DNA of 64,000 nucleotides from an uncultured Alphaproteobacteria bacterium (GTDB taxonomy: Bacteria > Pseudomonadota > Alphaproteobacteria > Rhizobiales > Xanthobacteraceae): NCBI GenBank assembly GCA_963736605.1, contig CAVTPQ010000003.1:469064-533063 (forward strand). The letters are read 5' to 3'. Position numbers and translations under genes: made by a program. The notes below the pieces were generated by a model, which worked only from the letters and a program-made list of their open reading frames with translations, was not told the DNA's origin and made no database searches. This document shows, piece after piece, positions 10,094 to 18,402 of the stretch. Position 1 is the stretch's first letter. Each line of letters starts with the position of its first letter.

Positions 10094-10975
10094 ATGCAGA
10101 CCATAGGCTTTGTCGGCGTCGGCAAGATCGGCATGCCGATCTCGCAGAATCTGATCAAAAGCGGCTATCGCGTGGTCGGCTATCGCCGCCACTCGCTTGC
10201 AGAATTCGAAAAGATCGGCGGCGTGCCGGCGCGCTCATCGGCCGAGGTCGGCGCCCAGGCCGACATCGTGCTGTCGTGTCTGCCGTCGACCGAAGCGCTC
10301 GACGAGGTGGTGCACGGTCCGCATGGCTTGGTGCAGTCGGCGCGGCCGGGACAGATCGTCGTCGAGCTCGGCTCGCATCCGGTTCCGGACAAGAAGCGCC
10401 AGATCGCGCCGTTGGCGGAAAAGGGCGCCGTTTTCATCGACGGCGAAGTGTCTGGCACCCCGGGGATGGTGTCGGCGCGCAAGGGCGTCATCTATCTCGC
10501 CGGCGACGCCGAGGCGTGCAAGAAGGTAGAGAACGTGGTCGCCGGCTTCGCCGATTCCTGTCTCTATTTCGGCGAGTTCGGCGCCGCGAGCCGCGTCAAG
10601 CTCGTCAATAATCTTTTGGTCGCCGTCAACATCGCGGCGACGGCGGAGGCGATGGCTTTGGGGCTCAAAGCCGGCGTCGACGTGCCGCTGATGATCAAGG
10701 CGATCGCCACCGGCAGCGGCGGCTCGACCCAGTTCGGCATCCGCGCGCCGTGGATGGCGGAGCGCCGCTTCCAGCCGATGCAGGGCGGCGTGCCGAGCCT
10801 GCAGCATTATTTCGACATGCTGAAGGATTTTGCCGATCACGTCGGCGTCGCGACGCCGCTGCTCGATTGCGTCGTGCCGCTCTACCAACGCTTCATAGAC
10901 ATGGGGCTCGGCGACGACGACGTCGCCGCCATGGTCGACGTCATCGGCTCGCTGCCGCGCGCCAAAACAACATAA
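10094..10975 (+). CDS. NAD(P)-dependent beta-hydroxyacid (3-hydroxyisobutyrate-type) dehydrogenase
   Basis: IGFVGVGKIGMPISQNL Rossmann motif; GAASRVKLVNNLL. Confidence 0.85.
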   Translation: MQTIGFVGVGKIGMPISQNLIKSGYRVVGYRRHSLAEFEKIGGVPARSSAEVGAQADIVLSCLPSTEALDEVVHGPHGLVQSARPGQIVVELGSHPVPDKKRQIAPLAEKGAVFIDGEVSGTPGMVSARKGVIYLAGDAEACKKVENVVAGFADSCLYFGEFGAASRVKLVNNLLVAVNIAATAEAMALGLKAGVDVPLMIKAIATGSGGSTQFGIRAPWMAERRFQPMQGGVPSLQHYFDMLKDFADHVGVATPLLDCVVPLYQRFIDMGLGDDDVAAMVDVIGSLPRAKTT

Positions 10976-10991
10976 CAGCAGGAGAGTTTGT

Positions 10992-11876
10992 ATGATCCGC
11001 GTCAGCAAGATCGCCCATGCCAGCTACGAGACGCCCGATCTCGACCAGCAGACCGAGTATTACACCGAGATTTTGGGATTGACGCTCGCCGCCAAGGAGA
11101 AGGACGCCGTCTTTCTCGCCTCGACCGTCGACCATCATTCGGTAGTGCTGCGCAAAGGCCCGCAGGCGCAATGCATGCGCGTCGGATTTCAGATCGCGCC
11201 CGACGCCGATCTCGGCGAGTTCGAGCGTCAGGTGGCGAGCCACGGCATCAAGACCGAACGCCGCAAGGATCCCGAGCCGTCGATCTCCGACATGCTGGTG
11301 TTCGCCGATCCCAAGGGCACCGTCATGGAGGTGTTCAAGCGCGACGCCTTCTCGCATCAGAAATTCCAGTCGAAAGGCATCGTGCCGCATAAGCTCGGCC
11401 ACGTCGCTTTCCACGTCACCGACGTCAAGCACGTCACCAAGTTCTACGTCGACATGCTGGGCTTTCGCGAATCCGACTGGATGGGCGACTTTTTCTCGTT
11501 CCTGCGCTGCGGGCCCGACCACCACACCATCAACCTGATGCAGACCGGCTCGAACCGGCACTTCCACACCGCCTTCGAGCTGCGCGACTGGGGCCACATG
11601 CAGACGGCCTGCGATTTCCTGTCCGTCAAAGGCTACAAATTGCTGTGGGGGCCGGGCCGCCACGGCATCGGCCACAATCTGTTCGCCTATCACCGCGCGC
11701 CGAACGGCATGATCACCGAGACTTTCGCCGAGCTCGATCGCATGAACGAGGAGCTCGGCTATTTCGAGCCGCGGCCCTGGCACCGCGACAATCCGCAGCG
11801 GCCGAAAGTTTGGGCGAAGGACCCGTCAGCCTCGAATTTGTGGGGTATCATGCCGACCGACGAGATGCATCACTGA
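10992..11876 (+). CDS. Two-domain VOC-family extradiol ring-cleavage dioxygenase
   Basis: KLGHVAFHVTD, GPDHHTINL, HFHTAFEL, LWGPGRHGIGHNLFAYH; catechol-2,3-dioxygenase-like. Confidence 0.8.
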   Translation: MIRVSKIAHASYETPDLDQQTEYYTEILGLTLAAKEKDAVFLASTVDHHSVVLRKGPQAQCMRVGFQIAPDADLGEFERQVASHGIKTERRKDPEPSISDMLVFADPKGTVMEVFKRDAFSHQKFQSKGIVPHKLGHVAFHVTDVKHVTKFYVDMLGFRESDWMGDFFSFLRCGPDHHTINLMQTGSNRHFHTAFELRDWGHMQTACDFLSVKGYKLLWGPGRHGIGHNLFAYHRAPNGMITETFAELDRMNEELGYFEPRPWHRDNPQRPKVWAKDPSASNLWGIMPTDEMHH

Positions 11877-11909
11877 CGTCGAATGGCGCAGCCCCATCGG
11901 GAGGAAAAA

Positions 11910-12890
11910 ATGAAAACCTGGCTTCGCGTCGCGGCAGCGATTGCCGCTCTTGCCACGGCGCTGACGGCGACCGGCGTTGCGCGGGCGGATAATTATCCGT
12001 CGCGGCCGATCACCATCATCGTGCCGGCTTCGCCCGGCGGCGTCACCGATATGCTCGGCCGCATCCTGGCGCAGCATTTCATCGCCGACTGGGGCGCGCA
12101 GGCGGTGGTCGAGAACAAGCCCGGCGCCAACAACCAGATCGCCGCGGAATATGTGACGCATCAGCCGGGCGACGGCTACACGCTGTTCGTCGGTCCGGAA
12201 ACCACGTTCATCGTCAACCCCACGCTTTACCCGAACCTCGCCTACGATCCGGTGAAGGGTTTCACCCCGATCATCGGGCTGGTGCAGATTTTTCATTCGC
12301 TCATCCTCAATCCGTCGGTGCCGGCCAACACCGTCAAGGAGTTGATCGCGCTCGATAAGGCCAAGCCCGGCCAGCTCAACTACGGCACGTTCGGCGTCGG
12401 ATCGAGCGGCCATCTCAACATGGAAATGTTCAAATCCATGACCGGGACGAAGTTCGTCGCGGTGCACTACAAAGGCGCGGCGCCGGCGATCCAGGATGTC
12501 ATTGCCGGGCACATCCAGCTGATGTTCGTGTCCGTCGGCACCGCGCTGCCACAGGCCAAGGCCGACCGGGTGAAACTGATCGCCATCGGCGCGCCGAAGC
12601 GGCTGGCGCTGTTGCCGGACGTCCCCGCCATCGCCGAAACCGTTCCCGGCTACACCGCCGTATCCTGGTTCGCGCTGTTCGGCCCGCCCAACATGCCGAG
12701 CGAGGTCGTCGCCAAGATTAACAGCGAGGTGCGCAAGACGTTTGCCGATCCGGACGTCCAGAAAAACTTCCTCGACAAGCAATATTTCGAATCGATCGCC
12801 GGCTCGCCCAAGGAGCTGAGCCAGCGGCTGCGCACGGAAGAGCCCAGATGGCGCAAGCTCATCACCGCAGCGCACATCAAAGTGGAATGA
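11910..12890 (+). CDS. Bug-family tripartite tricarboxylate transporter substrate-binding protein (TctC-like)
   Basis: YPSRPITIIVPASPGGVTD, LNYGTFGVGSSGHL, HYKGAAPA. GGGAGG lies before ATG 11910. Confidence 0.85.
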   Translation: MKTWLRVAAAIAALATALTATGVARADNYPSRPITIIVPASPGGVTDMLGRILAQHFIADWGAQAVVENKPGANNQIAAEYVTHQPGDGYTLFVGPETTFIVNPTLYPNLAYDPVKGFTPIIGLVQIFHSLILNPSVPANTVKELIALDKAKPGQLNYGTFGVGSSGHLNMEMFKSMTGTKFVAVHYKGAAPAIQDVIAGHIQLMFVSVGTALPQAKADRVKLIAIGAPKRLALLPDVPAIAETVPGYTAVSWFALFGPPNMPSEVVAKINSEVRKTFADPDVQKNFLDKQYFESIAGSPKELSQRLRTEEPRWRKLITAAHIKVE

Positions 12891-13026
12891 GGATTTGATC
12901 GGCGCACGATCCGCGTTTGCCGGGTCGTGGGGGCCGCAGGCCGGTCGGCGGCGCGCAGCTCGCTTAAACCAAAACCGACGCGGCACATGCGTCGCCTTTC
13001 CCGAACGGGGGGAGAGGACATCACGG

Positions 13027-14019
13027 ATGTCGGAGGAAACAACAACCATGCGAATCATAACCCTTGAAGAACACTTTGCGACGCCGGGATTTCTCGACGG
13101 TCCCGGCCAGGACCTGAAAAACGCCGCGCTGAAATTCGAGGGCCGCGCCACGCGGCTCATTGAGCAGCTCACCGACATTGCCGGCAAACGACTGGCGCTC
13201 ATGGACGCCACCGGCATCGACATGCAGGTGCTGTCGCTGACCTCGCCGGGCACCGAGCAGCTCGACGCCGCCGACGCCATCGCGCTGTCGCGCGAGGTCA
13301 ACGACTTCCTCGCCGACGGCGTGAAGAAGAATCCGAAGCGCTTCGCCGGCTTTGCCACGCTGCCGACCGCGGCGCCGGACCAGGCCGCGGCGGAGCTGGA
13401 AAAGCGCATCAAGTCAGGCGGCTTCGTCGGCGCCGTCATCAACGGCCACAATCGCGGCCGCTATCTCGACGACAAATTCTTCTGGCCGATCCTGGAAAGC
13501 GCCGAAGCGCTCAACGCGCCGATCCATATCCATCCGACGCGGCCGCCGCAACCGGTGGTCGACGCCTATTACTCGGGCTTCTCGCCGCTCCTCAACGACA
13601 TGTTCGCAAGCCCCGGCTGGGGCTGGCACATCGAGACCGCGGTGCACGTCATTCGCCTCATTCTCGGCGGCGCCTTCGACCGCTTCCCGAAGCTGCAGCT
13701 CGTAATCGGTCACCTGGGCGAAGGGCTGATGTCGATGTTCCAGCGGCTCGACAATATGACCCCGGCGATGACGAAATTAAAAAAGCCGATCACCTCCTAT
13801 CTGCGCGAGAACGTGCATTACACGTTCAGCGGCTTCAATTTTCCGGCGACCTTCCTCGATTTGCTGCTCGAAGTCGGCGTCGACCGCATCATGTTCTCGG
13901 TCGATCATCCCTATCAGTCGATGGCGCTGGGCAAGGCGTTCCTCGAGCAAATCCCGGTCAGCTCAGCCGACCGCGAGCGCATCGCGCACGGCAACGCGGA
14001 GAAGTTGCTCGGGCTGTAG
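13027..14019 (+). CDS. Amidohydrolase-2 family protein (LigW/ACMSD-type decarboxylase or hydrolase), paralog 1
   Basis: RIITLEEHF, IDMQVLSL, IHIHP, GHLGE, MFSVDHPY. Start at 13027 or 13048. Confidence 0.85.
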   Translation: MSEETTTMRIITLEEHFATPGFLDGPGQDLKNAALKFEGRATRLIEQLTDIAGKRLALMDATGIDMQVLSLTSPGTEQLDAADAIALSREVNDFLADGVKKNPKRFAGFATLPTAAPDQAAAELEKRIKSGGFVGAVINGHNRGRYLDDKFFWPILESAEALNAPIHIHPTRPPQPVVDAYYSGFSPLLNDMFASPGWGWHIETAVHVIRLILGGAFDRFPKLQLVIGHLGEGLMSMFQRLDNMTPAMTKLKKPITSYLRENVHYTFSGFNFPATFLDLLLEVGVDRIMFSVDHPYQSMALGKAFLEQIPVSSADRERIAHGNAEKLLGL

Positions 14020-14104
14020 CCCGGATAAAGCGCAGCGAAATCCGGGGTGGACAGTACGGCGGGATCGCTGAATCCCGGATTGCGCTTCGCTCCATCCGGG
14101 CTAC
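14016..14104. repeat. REP-type inverted repeat (gtagcccggat..gcgaa..tccgggg family)
   Basis: Arms gtagcccggataaagcgcagcgaaatccgggg and cccggattgcgcttcgctccatccgggctac. One frame translates as SPDGAKRNPG. Confidence 0.7.
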
Positions 14105-14136
14105 ACATTCACACATGCAATAGGAAAAACACCGAC

Positions 14137-15108
14137 ATGCGGACCATCACGCTCGAAGAGCATTTCACCACGCCCAAATTTCTCGAAGGCCCCGGCCGCG
14201 CCCGCAAAGAGAAGGCGCAAAAACAGGGCGGCCGCTTCATCAAGATCTTCGAGCAACTTGCCGATGTCGGCGCCGGCCGATTGGCGGAGATGGACGCCGC
14301 CGGTATCGACATGCAGGTGCTGTCGTTGACCTCGCCGGGCGCCGAGCAATCGGAAGCCGCCGAGGCGATTGCGCTCGCCCGCGAAGCCAACGATTTTCTC
14401 GCCGATGTGGTGAAAAAAAATCCCCAGCGCTTCGCCGGGCTTGCCGTATTGCCGACCGCGGCGCCGGACAAGGCCGCGCAAGAACTGGAGCAGCGGGTGC
14501 GCCAGCAGAAATTCGTCGGCGCGGTCATTCACGGCCATAACCGCGGCCGCTATCTCGACAACAAGTTCTTCTGGCCGATCCTGGAATGCGCCGAGAAGCT
14601 CAACGCGCCGATCTATCTGCATCCGACGCCGCCGCCGCAAGGCGTCATCGACGTCTCGTACGGTGGTTTTGCGCCGGCGGTGACCGAAATGTTCGCCGCG
14701 TCCGGCTGGGGCTGGCACATCGAGACTGCGGTCCACATCGTCCGCATCGTGCTGGGCGGCGTGTTCGACGCGTTTCCGAAATTGCAGTTCGTCATCGGCC
14801 ATCTCGGCGAGGCGCTGCCGTTCATGCTGCCGCGGCTCGACAGCATGAATCCGGCGGTGACCAAGCTCAAGCACCCGATCAGCTTCTATCTGCGCAACAA
14901 CGTCCACTACACCATTTCCGGCTTCAATTTTCCTGCAGCCTTTCTCGACATGCTGCTCGAAGTCGGCGTCGACCGCATCATGTTCTCGGCCGATCACCCT
15001 TATGCCTCGATGTCGGCGGCGCGCGCCTTCCTCGAGCAAATCCCGGTCAGCGCCGCCGACCGCGAGCGCATCGCGCACGGCAACGCGGAGAAGCTGTTCG
15101 GATTGTGA
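14137..15108 (+). CDS. Amidohydrolase-2 family protein, tandem paralog 2
   Basis: MRTITLEEHF, IDMQVLSL, IYLHP, GHLGE, MFSADHPY. Collinear with the upstream paralog. Confidence 0.85.
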   Translation: MRTITLEEHFTTPKFLEGPGRARKEKAQKQGGRFIKIFEQLADVGAGRLAEMDAAGIDMQVLSLTSPGAEQSEAAEAIALAREANDFLADVVKKNPQRFAGLAVLPTAAPDKAAQELEQRVRQQKFVGAVIHGHNRGRYLDNKFFWPILECAEKLNAPIYLHPTPPPQGVIDVSYGGFAPAVTEMFAASGWGWHIETAVHIVRIVLGGVFDAFPKLQFVIGHLGEALPFMLPRLDSMNPAVTKLKHPISFYLRNNVHYTISGFNFPAAFLDMLLEVGVDRIMFSADHPYASMSAARAFLEQIPVSAADRERIAHGNAEKLFGL

Positions 15109-15111
15109 AAT

Positions 15112-15194
15112 GTAGGGTGGGTAGAGCGAAGCGAAACCCACCATAGCGCGGTGAGGTCGAATGATGGGATTCGCTTGCGCTCAATCCATCCTAC
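15112..15194. repeat. REP-type inverted repeat (gtagggtgggt..gcgaagcgaaacccacc family)
   Basis: Arms gtagggtgggtagagcgaagcgaaacccaccat and atgatgggattcgcttgcgctcaatccatcctac. Confidence 0.7.
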
Positions 15195-15595
15195 CGATTC
15201 GTCCCCGCGCAAACCGCGCAGCGGCAGCCGGACGGCTTGATGTAAAGCTCGAAATATTCCTCGCCGTAGTCGAGTGTGATCTCCTCACCCGTCGCGATGG
15301 CGCGCAGCGCCACGAACACGATCTTGCCGGCGCGTAGCACCGCTTCCGCGTTGGGCTCGCAGCAATGATTGAGGTAGCGCCCCAGATTGCGCCGCGACGA
15401 GCCGTCGATGCTCCAGCGCCGGTTGACCTCGAACATATATTTGGCGCCGCAGCGCCGCTCGCGCCGCTGCGCTTCCGCGGTCGCAATCCGCTTGCCGCGA
15501 TAGGTGACGATATAGGCTTTCTTGGCGATCGGCCGTGCTGCGAACAGGCCGAGCCCGGTCGCCGAACGGCCGACGCGCACGCGGCGTGCCGACAT
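15191..15595 (-). CDS. SET-domain protein (putative protein-lysine methyltransferase)
   Basis: GLGLFAARPI, NLGRYLNHCCEPN, GEEITLDYG, and a post-SET Cys cluster CRCAVC. Confidence 0.85.
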   Translation of the reverse strand: MSARRVRVGRSATGLGLFAARPIAKKAYIVTYRGKRIATAEAQRRERRCGAKYMFEVNRRWSIDGSSRRNLGRYLNHCCEPNAEAVLRAGKIVFVALRAIATGEEITLDYGEEYFELYIKPSGCRCAVCAGTNR

Positions 15596-15738
15596 GGCGA
15601 CAGATTAGCAGATTCGTATGATGCTGCAGCGCGGCGGCGCGCCAGGCTCGTCCGCAATCCCGGCTACGCATCCCGCCGCAAGGATGCTAAAGTGCCGCGG
15701 CCGTTGCGCCTGGCGCGGCGAGCGAATGGATCATCGTC

Positions 15739-15906
15739 ATGAATAGCGCGACCGAAGATTTCGACGGAAACGACGCCGACATCCTTGATTTCGAAGTGTC
15801 CGACGCGGCGCTGGAGGCGGCGGCCGGCGCACTTCCCGGCGCGGCCTTTTCGTATCCCAATGCGCCGACCGTCAGCATTTTGTTTCAGTGCTGCAGCAAC
15901 GACTAG
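15739..15906 (+). CDS. Unannotated 55-aa ORF, leader-peptide-like (possible bacteriocin/RiPP precursor)
   Basis: My translation: MNSATEDFDGNDADILDFEVSDAALEAAAGALPGAAFSYPNAPTVSILFQCCSND. It is below the 60-aa cutoff of the track. Confidence 0.35.
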   Translation: MNSATEDFDGNDADILDFEVSDAALEAAAGALPGAAFSYPNAPTVSILFQCCSND

Positions 15907-15930
15907 CTCGGACTCCTTCGCCGATGTGGA

Positions 15931-16110
15931 CTACGCGCTCGAGGCGCGGTCCGCGACCACGGTGGTCCGTCCCGTTCCGGCGCAGACTTTGCAGATGATC
16001 CGCTCGCCGCGCTCGCGAACGCGGCCGGTGCCGCAGCAGCGCACGCAGGTTTCCTGGATGACCGGGGCAGGACGGTTGTTGTGCTGCGAGAAGCGTTTTC
16101 CGAACTCCAC
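15931..16110 (-). CDS. Unannotated 59-aa zinc-ribbon protein with two CxxCxGxG motifs
   Basis: My translation from GTG 16110: (M)EFGKRFSQHNNRPAPVIQETCVRCCGTGRVRERGERIICKVCAGTGRTTVVADRASSA. The overlapping 113-aa track ORF is in the wrong frame. Confidence 0.4.
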   Translation of the reverse strand: MEFGKRFSQHNNRPAPVIQETCVRCCGTGRVRERGERIICKVCAGTGRTTVVADRASSA

Positions 16111-16272
16111 GGCAATATCCTTTGTTTTGCGGGATTTTTCGATGGTGAACCGGACATTATCGCCGTCTCGCTAACGCCCCGGCATGAGATTGCGTAAAAT
16201 TGGACGGAATCGCCACTGAACCGGTCGCGGCGCCGCCACGACACATCGTCGGTTCAAGAGGGGGTGCGCCGC

Positions 16273-16662
16273 ATGAGTGCGATCGAACGCGCGGTTGCAA
16301 TGGTTGTTGCCGCCGCCGCGCTGCTGCTCTCGGTTGGCTCTGTCCGAGCGGCGCCGAGCTTCGATTGCCGCCGTGCCGCGACAGTCGTCGAGCGGCAAAT
16401 TTGCCGCACTTCTTATTTGGGCGATCTCGACCGCGACATCGCGCAGTTATACGCGCAGGCGCTTGACGCGCTTAGCCCCGCCGATGCCGACGCCTTGCGC
16501 GCCGATCAGCGCTTGTGGCTGAAGGTCCGCGACGAGTGCAACGACTACATCTACGGCAATGCGGACATGCCCAGTGACGTCGAAGGCTGTCTGGCAGACC
16601 GGATGTATACGGAGAAATCGCACTTGCAGAAGGTTCTCACGAGCAAGAAATTCTCCAAGTAG
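16273..16662 (+). CDS. Lysozyme inhibitor LprI-like (DUF1311) secreted protein
   Basis: Signal peptide; FDCRRAATVVERQICRTSYLGDLDRDI...DQRLWLKVRDEC. Confidence 0.75.
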   Translation: MSAIERAVAMVVAAAALLLSVGSVRAAPSFDCRRAATVVERQICRTSYLGDLDRDIAQLYAQALDALSPADADALRADQRLWLKVRDECNDYIYGNADMPSDVEGCLADRMYTEKSHLQKVLTSKKFSK

Positions 16663-16695
16663 CAATCGGGCGCCGCCGGCGTGACGGGAGCTTAA

Positions 16696-17898
16696 ATGAC
16701 GCACCGGCGTAAAATCGTGTTGTGGTGCGGGGCCGCCGCCACGCTCTGCCTCGCCCTGTTATGGGCGACCGGGCTCGGACAACTCATTATTCTCTTTGTC
16801 TCGATTTTCATCTCCCAGGTCTTTTACCCCACCACGATTTCCTGGGATGCTCATGATGCATGGGTAAAATGTCCCTATGCGATTGCCGATCCGCGGCTTT
16901 GGCCGCCGTCGCCGGGCGCAAGCTGCGAGGCGATGAATCTGTGCGTCAACGAGGGCGCGCTGTCGGACGCCCAGATCGAGGCGCTCGACGACCGGATTCG
17001 CAGCACGCCGGGCTGCCAGAAGCCGTACGGAATTTCGTCTGACGCGGCAAAATGTGTAGGCTCGGAGCAACGCATCGAGCCGACCAGCCTGGAGGGTGTC
17101 GTGACCAAGCCGAACAGCGACGAGCCGGTTCTTTGCGAAGTCGACGGCCGCGGCGTGGCGCAAGTCGTTCTCAACCGCCCGGAGCGCAACAATGCCTATG
17201 ACGGCGCGCTGATCCAGGCGCTCTTGGTGATCCTCGATGCGCTGGCCGGAACGCGCGGGCTGCGCGCCGTCGTCATCAGCGGCCGCGGCCGGCATTTCCA
17301 GGCCGGCGCCGATCTCAAATGGATCGATGCGGTGCGCACCGCCTCGCGCGAGGAGAATATCGCCGTCTCGCGGGCGACCGCGCAGGCGATCTGGCGACTC
17401 AATGCCGCGCCGGTGCCGACCGTCGCGCTGGTGCACGGCGCTTGCTTCGGCGGCGGCACCGGCCTTATCGCCGCGTGCGACGTGGCGATCGCCGCCGACG
17501 ACGCCAGCTTTTCCATCGCCGAAGTGCGCTGGGGCCTGACCGCGGCGATCATCATCCCGCAGCTCAACGACGCCATCGGCGTCCGCCAGGTGCGCCGCTA
17601 TGCGCTGACCGGCGAGCGTTTCGGCGCTGCCGAAGCCCGCCGCATCGGCTTGGTTCATGAGACCGTCCCGGCCGCCGCGCTCGAGGCCGCCGGCGCCCGT
17701 ATCGTCGATCAGGTGCTGCAGAACGGCCCGCAGGCGGTGGCAGAGACCAAGGCGCTGGCGCTGCAATCGGCCTGGGCCAATCTTGGCGAAGACGCCGCCA
17801 GCCGCCTAATCGAGCGGCACGCCGAGAAGCGCCGCTCCGCCGAAGCCGCCGAAGGCCTCGCCTCGTTCGCCGAGAAACGCCCGGCGGCGTGGGGATGA
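16696..17898 (+). CDS. Enoyl-CoA hydratase/isomerase (crotonase) preceded in frame by a 135-aa TM/Cys-containing extension
   Basis: The crotonase core begins around 17101 (GGAGGGTGTC-GTG): VLNRPERNNAYDG, GRGRHFQAGADL, ALVHGACFGGGTG. No stop separates it from ATG 16696. Confidence 0.7.
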   Translation: MTHRRKIVLWCGAAATLCLALLWATGLGQLIILFVSIFISQVFYPTTISWDAHDAWVKCPYAIADPRLWPPSPGASCEAMNLCVNEGALSDAQIEALDDRIRSTPGCQKPYGISSDAAKCVGSEQRIEPTSLEGVVTKPNSDEPVLCEVDGRGVAQVVLNRPERNNAYDGALIQALLVILDALAGTRGLRAVVISGRGRHFQAGADLKWIDAVRTASREENIAVSRATAQAIWRLNAAPVPTVALVHGACFGGGTGLIAACDVAIAADDASFSIAEVRWGLTAAIIIPQLNDAIGVRQVRRYALTGERFGAAEARRIGLVHETVPAAALEAAGARIVDQVLQNGPQAVAETKALALQSAWANLGEDAASRLIERHAEKRRSAEAAEGLASFAEKRPAAWG

Positions 17899-17991
17899 GC
17901 CAGCGCGCGGTCGGCCGACGCCGAGGTGTTCGAATATTGGCCGCGCGTCCCGCTCCGGATTAGACTGCCGCGGCCAGGGGAACGCCGCAAC

Positions 17992-18402
17992 ATGGATGCG
18001 CTGACCGCAAGCCTTATCGTCGTCGTTATCGGCGCAGCGGCTTTCATCGTGGCCGCATTGCTGACCGCCCGCTCCCGGATCGGCGTGCTGCCGGCGAAAC
18101 CGGTCGAAGTCCCGTCCGGTTCATCTCACCTTTGGCCGGGTCTGCCGGAATCGGCCAAGCAATTTCGCGTCTTCGGCTGGATTCTCGTGGTGCTGCTTTA
18201 TCTGGTCGCCCTCTTCTGCTTGCTGCAAGGCTTGAACGCTCTTCGCATTGTTCACCACTGGGAGGAGTGGCAAGCCACGTTCGGCAGCATCCTGACGGCG
18301 CAAGGGGAAATCGCGCTCTATTCCAGATTCTGGATCGCGACGGCGGTCGCGCTTTGTCTGATCGGATATTGGGCGCAGCGGCGCTTAGGGCGCCGCTCCT
18401 GA
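17992..18402 (+). CDS. Hypothetical multi-pass membrane protein
   Basis: Three hydrophobic segments; start at ATG 17992. Confidence 0.55.
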   Translation: MDALTASLIVVVIGAAAFIVAALLTARSRIGVLPAKPVEVPSGSSHLWPGLPESAKQFRVFGWILVVLLYLVALFCLLQGLNALRIVHHWEEWQATFGSILTAQGEIALYSRFWIATAVALCLIGYWAQRRLGRRS

